DNA of 60,846 bases, filler included, from Diploschistes diacapsis (taxonomy: Eukaryota), in assembly GCA_023645945.1 (NCBI GenBank). It is 4 parts of 4 records of this genome, joined end to end, with 100 filler letters (N's around TTAATTAATTAA, not from the genome) between each part and the next. Parts side by side here need not be neighbours in the genome. Positions count along the whole stretch, not along the records: positions 15,277 to 30,429 come from JALAIB010000571.1; positions 30,530 to 45,643 come from JALAIB010000572.1; 2 more parts are not named here. One strand, given 5' to 3'. Each line of letters starts with the position of its first letter. Position 1 is the stretch's first letter. The notes beneath the pieces are model-generated. The model searched no databases. It was not told the origin of the DNA and saw nothing but the letters and a program-made list of their open reading frames with translations. The translations under genes and the position numbers were made by a program. This document shows positions 25,519 through 38,862 of the stretch, one piece after another.

Positions 25519-26990
25519 TTATATAGAGTAATTAAGTCCTACGCTTTGGCCTTCCCTGACATACCTACGGTATCGTTGGCTAGACCTCGCTCTGAACCCT
25601 TTGCCCCATCTCACCATGGCGAGGAAGCTCAAAGCTTGTAGTAAGCCCACCAAAGCGGCTGTTATAAACGCATTTTGCAGTCCCATGTTCGTGATCCAAG
25701 GTGTCAATCCATAATTGAGCGCAAAACTCATGGTATTCCGTATCAGTATTACTGTTACGAGTGCTTCGGACGATAACTCTTTGTATGAATCGATAGCATA
25801 GAGCACGCTGAGTTGCGTGCCCAGACAATTGGTAGTTGCGGTCAAGTCCATGGATAGTATCAGGCCAAACCAATGGATTTGGTGTGCAGCGCCAACACCC
25901 CAGAGTATTAGACTGAATGGTGTAAACACGGCGCTCAATAGGAATAGCCATAGACGATACTCAGGCTCTACTATGCCGACGTTGTTGCTTTTGTTCGTGA
26001 TCTTCAGTGGAATCCAGGCACTTACTCTTCCTAGGTAGAGCGAACCAAAACAGACTCCAATGAATGGTGAGACGTATGCGACGCCGACGATTGACGATGA
26101 AAAATTGTAGAGTGGTGCTGAGAGGATGGAAGACGCTGTTCCATTTAGTACATTGAACCAGACGAGAGCGCTGCCGTAGCTGAAGCCTGCCCAGGATATC
26201 ACTGGGAAAGAAAATTGTATCAAAGGTCTTGTCACCATTTTCCAAAACTGCAATGGTCGACACTGTGGTCTTAGTGAAAGCTTTCGGAGGTAGCTTTTGC
26301 GACTGCTTGCGATCTGCGGCTCTGGATCACTCAGAGGTATCCCGTCTGGCGCAATCTGATAGGTTGAAGGGTCCTGGCTTGGTCCTCCTGCCTCTTTGAG
26401 TCGAGCAACTTCGTCGGAGGGCTTCTTCGAGAGTGAGTTTGAAGGGGGCAAGGGATACATACGATTTACCATGTCGGGTCAACTTCGTGTTGTAGAGGAG
26501 ATCCTCCTGAGAACGGCTTACCGTAATTTGTCTCTTCCATTACGAAAAAGTTGAAGATGAATCCGACGGCAAGAAAGATTGCACACCAATAGAATACCCA
26601 TTGCCAGCCTTGACCTTCGGCAATAAATCCGGCTATGACGGGAGCAAAATAGCTGCTGCCTGCCAAGGAAAATGCGTATAGCCCTATATATGTGCCTCTT
26701 TGGTGTTGAAACCAAACGTCTGTAACAGAAATCTCGACCAAAGATTCTATGGGGGCGCCGAAGAAGCCCTGAAGAATCTTACTCGCAAGATACTGCCCAT
26801 TGCTTGACGTTGTAAAGGGAGTCTAGACCAGGATTGCCTGTGACCTGACGATTAGTCTGAAGCTCGAAAACTTGGAATTCAGAAATTGACTGACCACCGA
26901 TGCAAGCATTGAAATCAATAACCCGGCCTTTTCCCATGCTTCAAGGCTAGAGGCTGCCAAAATAAGCATCCCCATCCGAACAGCAAGAAC
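25519..26990 (-). pseudogene. HOL1-like MFS transporter, likely pseudogene
   Basis: FLLFGWGCLFWQPLALKHGKRP, QGFFGAPIESLVEISVTDVWFQHQRG, MEETNY, EPEYRLW, YAIDSYKEL, IRNTMSF. TAG at 26825-26823 where Trp is expected; frame break near 26470 (frameshift or intron); no recognisable 5' exons. Confidence 0.75.
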
Positions 26991-27544
26991 TAAAATTGCC
27001 CCAGTTAGCTTGTGTAGGTAGCTGGCTCACAGGTGAGGAGAACAAAAGCGAGAATACAGTTACCGCACCATAATCGCGATCTTTGGCGGGGACCATATTT
27101 CTTAAATGTTTTACGTCCCATCTAAGACACTCAAAGAAAATTAAAAAAAAATCTCGAGAAAAATCTCCTGTATATATAATGCTTTTAAAGTTCTTTATAA
27201 TGTATGTGACATTCCGTAAGGCTGGGACTCGCCGGGTGCCCCAGGTTTTACTATCCTCCTTTAGGCTTAGATCCTGCTGACCTCAGGCTTGGTAGTAACT
27301 GCCTCGATCAGTAAAAGTACAAACAAAACTGATCGTTCTAGCTGCACATCAGCTGGGAACGACGCCACGCTGGATCTGAGTCGTGACCCTAAGCAATACG
27401 CTTCATACTCATCACTCTCGTCATGTATAGTTGACCACTAATCGACGCCTTGCTGAAGGAGTGCTTATACGAAAGCACTCCTGTTAGTCGAAGCAAGGGA
27501 GCAAGTGCTCCATACTTGGCCTTAAGGCCTCTTTTCCCTTTGTC

Positions 27545-29296
27545 ATGACGCGCAGAATTGTTAGCTCTCCTTGCCCTTTTTGTATTGAATGATGCAGACT
27601 AATCGTTTATCGCCAGCTGCGCGCCGGTGTACAGCTTGGGGTCGTCGTAGTCGGCCTTATCTTCGTTGTCTTCTTTCTCGACAATCGTTTCCGTGTCCTT
27701 CCCTCGAAACTCCACTCTTGGAGCCCCGTGCACCATCCTGGCTACGTGGTCACAGACATTACTCTCACTACATGCTCCTCTGTGCTCCTGACCTCGTGCG
27801 AATTGGATGAGGACAAATGGACCCGCATCGAGAAGGATCTTTACCTGGCTCGCGGCTGGTTCTCCGCTGCGTACGTTCATGTTCAGCGTAAGAAGGAAGA
27901 AAAGCTACTCGACACGGACAAGGTTGTTCTCGATGTGCGGGTAGGCCGCTTGCATCCTTCGAAGACGGACAAAGAGCAGGAAGGAGTCAACTGGGAATCA
28001 CGGCCCGGAGGTATATGGCTGCGCCGCTCCGACACTCCTCACGCGGGAGACTCGTCCAAGGTTGTCACTGCAGTTGATGTACTCTATGGATCTGATGCTG
28101 CCGACCCACGCTCCGGTTGGGAGGTCACAGGCCAAACTTTCCTGATCGACCTAGACCGCAACGCCATTGAGCCCCGGCTGTCAATCCGACGGGGCCAGCC
28201 AAAGACTTTGGCAAAGCCAGTTCCCAGAATCCGAAAAGATGGCAAGTTCAAGATCCTGCAGGTCTCGGATATGCATCTCGCCACGGGCCTCGGGGTCTGC
28301 CGCGACGAATATCCACTCTCCAAGCACTGCGACGCCGACAGTCGCACCATGGAATTCGTCAGCGAAGTTCTAGACTCTGAGAAACCCGATCTTGTTGTCC
28401 TTTCAGGCGACCAAGTCAACGGTGAGACAGCTCCCGATGCACAGTCGACTATGTTCAAGATGGCCGACCTTTTCGTATCACGCAACATCCCTTACGCTCT
28501 CATCTTCGGCAACCACGACGACGAAGGCTCTTTCTCGCGCGTTGATCTCATGACCCTCGCCGAGACTCTCCCTCTTTCCCTTGCCGAATCTGGTCCCGCC
28601 ACCGTAGACGGAACGGGTAACTATGTGGTCGAGGTGCTCGCTCGAGGCACCTCGCACCACTCCGCCCTCACACTCTACCTGCTCGATACCCACTCTTACT
28701 CGCCCGACGAAGCGCACTACAAGGGCTACGACTGGATTAAACCTTCGCAGATCTGGTGGTTCCGTGAAACGGCTCGCTCGCTCCGTAACGCCGACTCGCA
28801 CAAGAGCTACGCGCACATACACCTTGACATGGCTTTCATCCACATCCCTCTGTCCGAGTACCGCGACACCGGCAAGCTTATTGCAGGCTCTGGAGAATGG
28901 CGCGAGGCTCCCACAGCGCCGGGCTTCAACTCGAAATTCAAGGACGCGCTGGTGGAGAACGGTGTGTTTGCCGTCAGCTGTGGGCACGATCACGTCAATG
29001 ATTATTGCTTGCTTGACAAGCATTCGAATCCAGGAGATATTTCGACGGAGGAGCTAGGGGAGGAGACCAAGGGTAGGGCGGAGAAGGGTAGGTTGTGGAT
29101 GTGCTATGCTGGTGGAAGCGGTTACGGAGGCTATGCGGGGTACGGGGGTTACAAGAGGAGGGTTAGGGTGTGGGACTTTGACATGAACGAGGGGACGGTC
29201 GAGACGTGGAAGAGGGTGGATGGAGAGCAGGCGAGGAGCGGGGTGAAGAAGGTTGTTAGGATGGGCAAGGTCGTTGATATGGATGGGGGTTATTGA
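27545..29296 (+). CDS. dcr2: Calcineurin-like metallophosphoesterase, DCR2 family
   Basis: MTRRI exon, intron 27560-27616, N-terminal TM helix; FKILQVSDMH, LVVLSGDQ, IFGNHDDE, AFIHIPL, SCGHDHVNDYC, GGSGYGGYAGYGG. Confidence 0.9.
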
Positions 29297-30429
29297 TGGT
29301 GACTGGGCATGAGAGGATTCGAAGAAGGTTACGCACCCCCACATCGAGACGAAAACGTGGGAAGGACTGCAGAATCCCCTGTCAAGGGAAGGCTTTATGG
29401 TATCCTGCGGGAAACCGATGGTCCCGCTACAAAGTGCTTTCACTCACGGCCAGGTATCCGCAGACCTCTTCAAACATGGCGAAGAGAAGCCGTAAGGCAG
29501 CGTACTGGTACGACTGATCTACACGCACGCGCCATATGCTCCTCTTCCCTTCTCACATTCGACAAGAAGGAAAGCGGAGCAGAGCGAGCCCAAGCGTTTA
29601 TGTACGCATTATCTGAAAGCTACATGGTAGTAAGGAGCATTGGGTACCGAGCCACTAAGTAGCGATATGAGCAATCTAGCAGCATCAAACAGCACGGTGG
29701 CACGACAGAAGAGTACAGCAGCATGCGCTTTCTACCAGCAGGAAGCGGACAGGAGGGGCGATGAGGTGTGCAAACAAATATGTATATATCACACTTGGCT
29801 TTTGTCGGCAGTCCAGTCGAAACGGGACCGCCCAAAGAAAAGAGAAAAAGAAGGGCGAGAAAGCGAAAGAGAAAGAGAAAGAGTTGAGGATCGAACAGTG
29901 GTATCACCCACTATACTACCTCTGTAGCTAGACGTGGTGGTTCTGTATGTACACAGCCGAAGCACTCCACCGGCTTGCATCAGAGGTACTCTCGGTAGCT
30001 CGATGGAACCCGAACGATTGATTGAATCGTTCACTAAAACAAATCACCACAAGCCCACACAGTACCTTGTTAACTGTCTTCGTTTGAAGAGAACCTAAAG
30101 TCAAAGGGTCGATCCAGTGTAGATGCATGCCTAGCGTGCTCGGGGATCACATAGACATAGAGGCGAAATAGGGGTATATAATAGCTGCAATGATAGCAGC
30201 CGCTGGCCTCCAGTCCGGCGCAAGTAAACCGCCCTCCCTAGAAAGCCGACAGGGTTGACAAGCAAGCTTGAAAATAAACATCTATTCTACAAAACATGCC
30301 CCGCATACCACTATTCCTCCTGCTCCGCCTCACTACTGCCCACCGCTGCCGCCGTCCCTGAGCCCCCACCTCTCCTTCCGTCTACGTCTCCGTCCTCCTC
30401 TCCACCATCTGCCTCCCCCCCTTCCTCAC

Positions 30430-30529
30430 NNNNNNNNNNNNNNNNNNNNNNNNNNNNNNNNNNNNNNNNNNNNTTAATTAATTAANNNNNNNNNNNNNNN
30501 NNNNNNNNNNNNNNNNNNNNNNNNNNNNN
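30430..30529. other. Artificial contig linker
   Basis: N44-TTAATTAATTAA-N44. Confidence 0.97.
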
Positions 30530-31173
30530 GGAGGAAGGCGGATTTGAAAGAGCCGCCGGTTACGGAGGGGAGTAGGGAGAAGCAGGAGAGTCCCGAGAGG
30601 GGGTCTGGTAAGGGGCGTGTGAATGGTGACGGGGATGCGCGCGGGGAGGGAGAGGTGAGAAGGAGGAGGAGTAGTGGGGGCAAGAGGAAGGAGAGGAAGC
30701 GAGGGTCATGATGATGGTGGTGTGGTGGGGTTTTTGGTGGTTGTAGGATGATGCTGAGGTTTCGCAGATACCCCCCCCTATTTGCATGTCATTTACTCCT
30801 GTATGTATGCGTGAGCAAAGTATGCCGGTGTCAGGACTGAGGTGGCCTCGCTTCTTTGTTTGTTTGTTTGTATATAACTTATGCTTCATTTCTATAGATG
30901 CATGATCATCGGTAATACCCTAATGGAACCAACTGCCTCTGGTCAAACGCGTCTGAGACTCGCGCTGCCGTTTTCGTCGACTCTATCTATGATGTGAATG
31001 GCATACCTCTTTGTTGGGATCTATCCTCTATCCTCTACCGCTGTGGTTCATCCCTTTCCTACCTCTATTCTGTATCTCCTTGCGCCTAAACCGATACACA
31101 TCTCACAGAACACCAGTTTCCAATTCTTGCCTCCTCAAGGAGACGTCAGAGGATCCACCAAGCCACCAGACAT

Positions 31174-34100
31174 CTACGCCTTCTCTTCGCCCTCGCCGTC
31201 CCTCGTCTTGCCTGCGCCTCTACGTCTACTTCTAAACGGCGCCCCGATGCTTCTCACGGCCTTCCCCGCGCCGCCGAAAAGCTGGCCCATGCCGAATGTG
31301 AACCCTTTGATGCGTACGGTGTAGATGAAGAAGTACACCAACCTACAACTCACATATCAGTTGCATTCTTTTCAGCTTCAACGAGAAGCAGCAGCAGGTC
31401 ACGGCAGGAAAGGGAGTAAAGGGGTGACTCACGCCCAATTACTGCAAACAAAAATCAGGAAAATGCCGAAATCGCGCCACTTATCCCCCGGCCGCACGCT
31501 CAGCGCAGCCAAATACTCGTCTCCGTTTTTATACTGGCAATACCCACACCCACTCCTCGCATCCGGGTTCGTCAAATATCCCATGCCAACGCGGCGCGCA
31601 AACTCTCCGGCATACTGCGCGCACGTCTGGCCGGGTGGGGGATCGAAATGCGCGGCCTCGGCCTCGCTGCACGTGACGGGTAATCCGGCCAGCGTGGCGG
31701 CCATGAGGCCCGAGATCCACCACTGCGATGGATTGAGCCAGTACATCCAGTATTTCCAGAACACGGAGAGCTGGGCATAGGGCACGACGACGCCGTTGAA
31801 CATGGAGAACATGACGAAAAAGAAGGGCAGGACATTGGAGATGACGGTGAACGAAGGCGCGAAGGCGCAGATCCATTGACCCCAGGAGGCTTGGAAGAGG
31901 AAGAAGAGGATTGTCATGAGGAATGTGTAGCCGGCGGTCGGGGCGTCGGTGGGGAGGCCGGCGGGGAAGTAGAACAGCACGTAGTAGATGGTGCCACCGA
32001 TTATGGCGGCCGGGATCTCGGTGACGACGGAGGCGGTGCAGAATGCGACCCAGCCGTAGATGCGTGACGGGAGCTCCCGGGCTTCCCAGAGGGCGCGCGA
32101 GGACCAGAATTTTGGGACGACGCCGTTGACGATGGTGGGCGGGATGACGAGGATGAGGAAGGTGGTGAAAAGGCGGTCCTGCATGTCCTGCACGCCGTTG
32201 CCGAGCTTCCAAAAGGTGAAGCCGACGAAGATGCCGATGATGACTGAGGTGAAGAGTTTGCCATAGATATAGGAAGGGTCACGCCATTGGGAGGTGAACA
32301 TACGTTTTGTCAGTAGCGTTGTCTGGGTCCAGATGGGGGCTGCGAAGGCGTGCTGGGAAGCTGAGGGTGGGGCGGGATTTTGGGAGCGAGTGGACTTTAT
32401 GGATTCGATTTCGCGCATGAGGGAGGCATTCTCAGCGGACTCGCGCCATTCTCTATTCCAGTCGAGGCGCTTGCCGTCGGCACGCTTACCCCCTTTTATG
32501 GCAGTCTCGAGGATAAACTCGGCAACGTTCTTGTCCGGTGGGCAGTGGACGCCGCGGGCGCCGAAGTAATTGATTACGTCTGCACCATTCTCGCCAACGG
32601 GACCGAAGTAGAAAGTATTACCACCTGGGTTGAGAGCCAAAATCATGTCGAACTGCTGGATAAGCATCGAGGAGGGCTGGTGGATGGTGCAGACGATGGC
32701 TTGGCCAGCTTGGCAGAGCTTCTTTAGGAATCTTACTATCGAGAAAGCAGCGTTTGCGTCCAGACCGCTGGTGGGCTCATCTAAGAAAAGTAGCAAAGAT
32801 GGCTTGGCTGCGAGCTCCACTCCGATGGTCAAACGCTTCTTCTGCTCAACGCCAAGCGAGTAAATGATGGCATCCTCAATCTCCTGCATTTCGAGTAAGG
32901 CGATTATGTTATCCACATAAGCAATCTTTTCCGTGCGCGGCACGCTACGCTCTTGTCGGAGTATGGCCGAGAACTCTAGAGCTTCGCGCACTGTTGCTGT
33001 CTCGTCATGCAGATCCATCTGCTCCACAAAGCCAGTAGACCTTTGGAAATCAGACCCCAAAGGCTGACCATCGACAAGCATGTTCCCAGAAACGATGCCC
33101 ATCTTCTGACGCTGGGATAGGGTGTTCAGTAGCGTTGTCTTGCCGGCTCCACTAGCACCCATGAGTGCTACCATCACGCCTGGCTTCGCATAGCCTGACA
33201 CGTTATTGAGCAGTTTCCTCTGGCCGCCAACAACCGGTACAGTATACTCGATATCGGTCCATGTGAAGATGCTCTCACTCTTCGTAAGGTCGCCAAGCAC
33301 CTCATCCTTTGTTCTGGTCTTCTGCAGCGCCATGCTCGGAGCTCCGGCGTCCTCCGCCAGACCGCCCTTTTCCTCATCGGCATGTCGTGTGACGACTTGC
33401 TTTCTAGCCTTCTTGGATTTCTTGAACACAAGAGCTCCCCCGCCTCCCCCTACAAAAGAGATTGTTTCAGATGCTACGACCGTGATAACGATATATCCGA
33501 CAGTGAGAGCAACGACAACACCGAAATTCCTCCAGATGTTGTTGCTGCTGTACTCGTACACCGTACCCAGATAGGTTTCACCGTCGACAACAGTACTACC
33601 AAGTTGAGCTCCACCTATCGCACAGCCTTGGTATGGCGGTTTGACGCCAGGACCTTGGGGTACTAGAGCAGTATCCGCGCACGGCATTTGGCGACTAGCG
33701 AGTTCGTTTGCCAGGACGCCCTCGAACGCATAACTGACTGGGTTGACATAGTATAGCCAACCAAACCAGATGTAGTCCGACAACAGCTGGGGCTTTGGTA
33801 TCGCATAGCCGGTGTATATGATCATCAGATTGAACCCAATACCTGCGAAGCGAACAGCATCGTCAATTGTTGGTGACACGGCCGCCATCATGCGATAGAA
33901 TGCGGTCAAGCAGATTGTTGTCGTGTAAACGAAGAGCATATATATGAAAAAGTTTCCAGGTTCCAAGACGAAACCAGTCATGAAGTAAAAGATGATACAA
34001 AAGACGATGCTCTGAGCCAGGAGCATAGGAAAGTCCGTAAGCACTCGAGCTAACGACACCGCACTTGGTCGGTAGAAGGCATACTCCTTGTGCCTGCCGA

Positions 34101-36051
34101 TTACTTCCCGTCCAGAGACTGCTTTCATAAGCTCGGAAAGCTGCAGCCAGCCGAGGAAGAGAATCGAGATGAAGGAAGTTCCGCCCCGAGAAAAGGCTCC
34201 GGCGGTTGTAGTAGGCTGATTGTGGAACAAGGAGCCAAGAATAAGAGAGCAGCTGATGATGATGAAGAACTTTGTATAGAGGGTGGGTTTGTCCCCCAGA
34301 ATTAACCAGAACTCTCGTTTTGTACAAGCCACCACCTGCCTCGGGAAGCTCACAGTGTAGTTTGAGCGCTTACTGACAGTCTTCGACTTCTGCTCCTTGA
34401 CACTCTGTTTGAAATCCTTCGCATCAGCACAATCCGTTCCTTCCAAATGCTTTTCATAGTCAGCAACCTCAGCGAGGACGCTATTGTAGGCGTCACTGCC
34501 CCTGAAAGCCTTTTCTAACTCCACCGGGGTTCTCGGTATTCGACCTTCCCATCCGGCACGAATCTGGCGCTCGTTGGGATCACCCACGCTTGTAAGGAAA
34601 TCGGGCGTTGTCTGGCGGTCGGGAGCGTGGAAACCAAGATCAATGAAGTATTGTCGAGCTTCGCTGACTGGACCTTGGTAAATCATGCGGCCTTCTTCAA
34701 TCACCAGAACCGTATCCATAAGCCGATAGATTTCTTCGCCCGCCTGGTAAAGGGTAGTGATGGTAGTTCTATCCGACGCATCCGTCATGATTCGCAAAGA
34801 GTTTGCAAAGTCCAAGGCAGTACTCGCATCAAGACCCCGAGTCGCGTTGTCCCAGCATACCAACGTGCTTTTCGTAGCTAACGTTTCAGCAATGGAAACA
34901 CGCTTGCGCTCACCGCCAGAAACCCCTCTAACGTACTCATTACCAACAAGAGTCTGCTTTGTATGTGTGATTGCGAACATTCTGAGTAGAGCCTCAATAA
35001 TGATATCCATTTCGCCCTTGTGACGCTTCCGGGTTTTATTCAGTAGAGAAAATTTCAGAGTCTGCCAGACATTCAGGCTTGGTAAATGGGAGTCCTTCTC
35101 AGGGTTGTAAATGACTTCGCCCCTGTAATGCTTATCTTGCTCTTCAGCTGATATTCCGCCATATAGAACTTCGCCCTCCACGCCTGCAAAGGTGCTGCGG
35201 TGGTTGGCAATTGCCTTGAGAAAGGTACTGCAGCCGCTTCCTGGCTTGCCAAGCACCAACATCATCTCGCCATGTCTGACAACTCCGGTAAACCCTTTGA
35301 TCAGATCCCGGACTTCTTCTTTCTTCCCAACATTCAAAGCCGGTAAAAACCGACATAGGTTCTTGTAAAGGTCGGGTCCGAATGTTCCTAGGATGGCTGC
35401 TGGAAGAGTCCTGACAAAAGCGGTCTTGCTCCCGACGCCTTTGACAGTGAGGTTCTTGAATAGAACTCCGACTTTCTTGGCCGAGTTGCCTTCTGCTGTT
35501 CGTTTTTCGAAATACCCTTCCCTCAAAAATTGGTCTAACCTGAATTCATCCTCGGATGAGTCATCTTCGACATCTGCATCACCATCCGTGACTTCCTCTG
35601 CTAGCTCAGCCTCCTTTTCCGCATCCACAACAGCTGTAGCATCTGGCCCACTTCGGTTCGTCCTTCGACGAGAGATATAGCTCGGAACAGATGGGGTCCT
35701 TCCTGGCTTAGCCCTCTTCGTACTCTTGTGGGTCTCTGCACTTTGCGTCCTACTGAGCTGAGTGAGTTCTCTTCGCATCTCCTCGAGTTCTTCCATAGCT
35801 TGACGCTGATTGACGTTACCTCCAGCATCCCTTTCGCCCCAGGTTCCTGGGACATCCTCTGTGGAGGTATCATCAGAGCTGGGAACGGCCGTTGTCTCAC
35901 CAGCATTGAATTGAGGGCCAGCATTGTGCAAATCCTGGATATATTCTAATGTATAGCTAGTCAGCGGTAACGGGCTATCGCTCAGTTGATCTTGCCTACC
36001 CTGATGATTAGTCCGTCGCCGCAGGATTTCTCCAGGCGTTTGGCCCCACAT
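31174..36051 (-). CDS. Full-size PDR/ABCG multidrug transporter, AtrF-like
   Basis: NBD1: GKPGSGCST, VSGGERKRVSIAE, CWDNATRGLD. NBD2: GASGAGKTT, LGVEQKKRLTIGVEL, FLDEPTSGLD. Two TMDs. Intron at 31432-31343; last exon LVYFFIYTVRIKG..EEKA*. Confidence 0.95.
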
Positions 36052-36793
36052 CCTAGAATACGATGAAGCAGAATTCTATGCAAGATCGAGGGTCTAGAAG
36101 CCGTCTGCGCTCGATGTGACGACGATGTAGAAGGACGCTGAATTCTCAGATGAACGAGGCCCAAGATTAAGAATGAGGATGAGCGATGAAGAAAGACGAT
36201 GAATAGGGAATTGTCAGGATCAAGACGCTCAAAGCCTGAAAGTCGAGCACTGAGACCCTGCTATAGGGAAATAGATGACCGTCAGGTTTTTGCAGATGAG
36301 GGACTGGCGTCAAGCTGTCCAAAGGGGAAGGGAACAATGAGAACGTAGACCTATCACATAGTGCCAAGGAGAATGACGAGATAAAACAGGCAGTCAACAC
36401 GAAGACAAGGTCATATTCGTGGAGAGGGAATGTAGCTGCTATACATGGTATTTTCCCATGGAGTATTTCACAAGCTTGCTAACGGTAGCTCGAGCGATGG
36501 TAGATTATTAATTCAGAATGGCCTTTGCTCTTAAATACGTCGGCGATTGTTGCAGCTCTTAAGGCCTGCAACAAATATCGTAGATTTTTGCTGCTGATAA
36601 ATCAGACGTAGAAGTCGGTGTAGTCAAATGTAGTCGGTAGTCGGAGCCAGGTCCGAGAAAAGGAAGCATCAAATCTAGGGGATATCTACTGGGAAAATAG
36701 TAGATTGCGGAGCTCAACCTAAAAATGTAATCTACAAAAGGCATCTACGATGTCTGTTGCAAGGCTGAAACACGTCGGGCACTGCACGTTGTT

Positions 36794-36817
36794 GTCGTCG
36801 TCGTCGTCGTCGTCGTC
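36794..36817. repeat. (GTC)8 microsatellite
   Basis: Directly visible, preceded by GTTGTT. Confidence 0.9.
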
Positions 36818-37362
36818 GATGCTTTGTGACGTATCCCGGGAAAGCCATGGCGCTGCTGCAACCTAAGCGAATGGCGGCTCAACGCCACTTTGAACAGATG
36901 ATACTGTCAGCAATTACGTGCTTATTCCTAATCCTGGATTTAGATGTAGGACCGCAGGTTGTGCACTGCAAAACTAGAGAAACAGCAACATAGTATTGCA
37001 ACCGGTGCTAAATAGTGGCAAGGCGATTAAGAAAATGTTATTCACATAAAACTATGCCTGAGAACACATTGCAGAGCTCAGTTTGAAGCATAGCATACAG
37101 TAGTAGGCCAATCTCTAGGCCTCCAATGGCTCTCAGCGCCATAGCAGAAACCTCCCACTTCTCTAGCTCATGATCTTCCGTTTCGTAGCCTTTGTTTTAT
37201 CCTTTCCTCGACTGGTTCCTACCCCATCGCACGCTCACTCCATGTGCCGATCCACCGACCTAACCCCTTCCCGCCTGGAAGAAAGCGTTCCATCACTATA
37301 GCCTTAGCGGACTGGCATCAAACTGGCTTGCTGCGACACCGCAAGCGGACACGAGATGTTCT

Positions 37363-38311
37363 TTACTGGGCCTTCTTGGGAACAGGCTGAGCGCCAAGAT
37401 ACTTCCTCAGATCAGTAGCGTCCGTGGCTTGTCGGCAGAGACCCTTGCATGTGACCCATGCCTGCTTAACCGGGGGTGGCGTGCTCTGGTTCGCAATAAG
37501 AGCATCGATACGTGCGGAGAACTGGTGAATGGCGCCTTGAACGAAGGCACTCTGACTATATCTGCTACGGACAAAGACCGTGTAGATACCCAGCAGAATC
37601 CATGTGCCCCTTGCGAAGCTGAAAGCGGAGAGTAGTATACGGAACCACAGGGCAATCTCAAGACTAGCAACAAGACTCATGGAGGTATCGTAGTACTTCT
37701 TGACGAATCTTCCAATATTGTCCGCCAGTGGCGACGCCTTGGAACCACCTTTGCCCGGCGAGGCAGCAGCAGGGGCAGCAGCTGGGGAGATGGTCGGAAC
37801 GAGATTGGTACGTGTGTAGGTCGCAACGTGGAACACGGAGTAGACGGTAAAGGGCAATAGGGCAAGAGGAACTTGGTACGCATAAAGCCAGATCAGCGCC
37901 ATCACTGTTGAGGATAATCAGCTAAGGCATGGAGGTGAATACTGCTACCTTACAGAGGTACTGGACGTTCTCGTCAGCCAGCAAAGTCAAGTGGCTACCT
38001 TGTTGCTGGCGTTGAGGGGACCGGGCTTTGGCTCGGATGCCCTTGTAGACAACAATACCGTACGTTGCAGCTGCAGCAACAAAAGCGGTGCGATAGCTAA
38101 GTCGCGCCCATCTTGAATAGTAGTTGAAAGTGATATACGACAGCCCATATCGTAGCGTGCATAGGAGAAGCGTGACGTGGCCTGAGAACCACGCGAACCT
38201 TCAGGAGCGTCAGTCAATGCATGTCAACTAGGAAAGAACATACTGAAGAGTCTGTGCCAAATGCAAAAGACGGTCAATGAGCGGCATGGAGGCTGACGGT
38301 GGAGGCGCCAT
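37363..38311 (-). CDS. pom33: TMEM33/Pom33/Tts1 family ER and nuclear-pore membrane protein, 3 exons
   Basis: MAPPPSASMPLIDRLLHLAQTLQ|FAWFSGH..AAATYGIVVYK..LLADENVQYL|LMALIWLY..LALLPFTVYSVFHVATYTR. Confidence 0.9.
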
Positions 38312-38569
38312 TGGTGTGCTTGCTGCGAGGTCAAATTTCCTGCACGTGGATGTGCAAAGCTGCGTTGGCCGAAAGAAAGATGTAGTAACTACTCCTGGTG
38401 AATATGAAAGCAAAGAATACAAGGTATCTTTGTGAGGGATCGCAGTGAAGAGGAAAGCAAGCAGGTGATGGTTTGTGAAGAAGCAAATTGTGTTTATAGT
38501 GTGCGGTTATATAAGCTCTGCCTCTTTTTGAAAAACGCCAAGAAGAAGGAGCTGCTTCTGTTAATTTAA

Positions 38570-38720
38570 GTTGTTATGACGGATCCGGATCCGGGGTTCT
38601 GGATCTGGTCCGTAATAGAGACGTCATAAAAATGTCTTTTCTCGGACCCCCCTCCGACTATACCTTTTTCCCCCTCGGATTCCAGCTATCTAAAATCCGG
38701 GATCCAGTTGAATCTACCAT
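38570..38720. repeat. Cluster of GGATCC-like repeats; possible DNA-transposon end remnant
   Basis: GACGGATCCGGATCCGGGGTTCTGGATCTGGTCCG at 38578-38611 and further GGATTCC/GGATCC copies near 38677-38705 in AT-rich surroundings. Confidence 0.35.
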
Positions 38721-38862
38721 AATACTGTATGTCTTAAACCAAACCTTCTAAGGCTTATAAAAGCTCTTGTACTAAACCTTTTAGTCTCGCTTTCTGCCTT
38801 TCTATTTCTACCGTCTCAGAAATGCTCTTGCACTCATTCAGACATCATCCTAGCATGTCAAG

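Noticed and set aside
29620..30429. Short ORFs and AG/CT low-complexity tracts at the end of segment 2
   Set aside because: Low complexity, no recognisable domain or splice structure.
659..36051. A secondary-metabolite cluster made of PKS-NRPS, A-T-R enzyme, MFS and ABC transporter
   Set aside because: These genes sit on three different segments separated by artificial linkers, and the A-T-R enzyme is the primary-metabolism Lys2.
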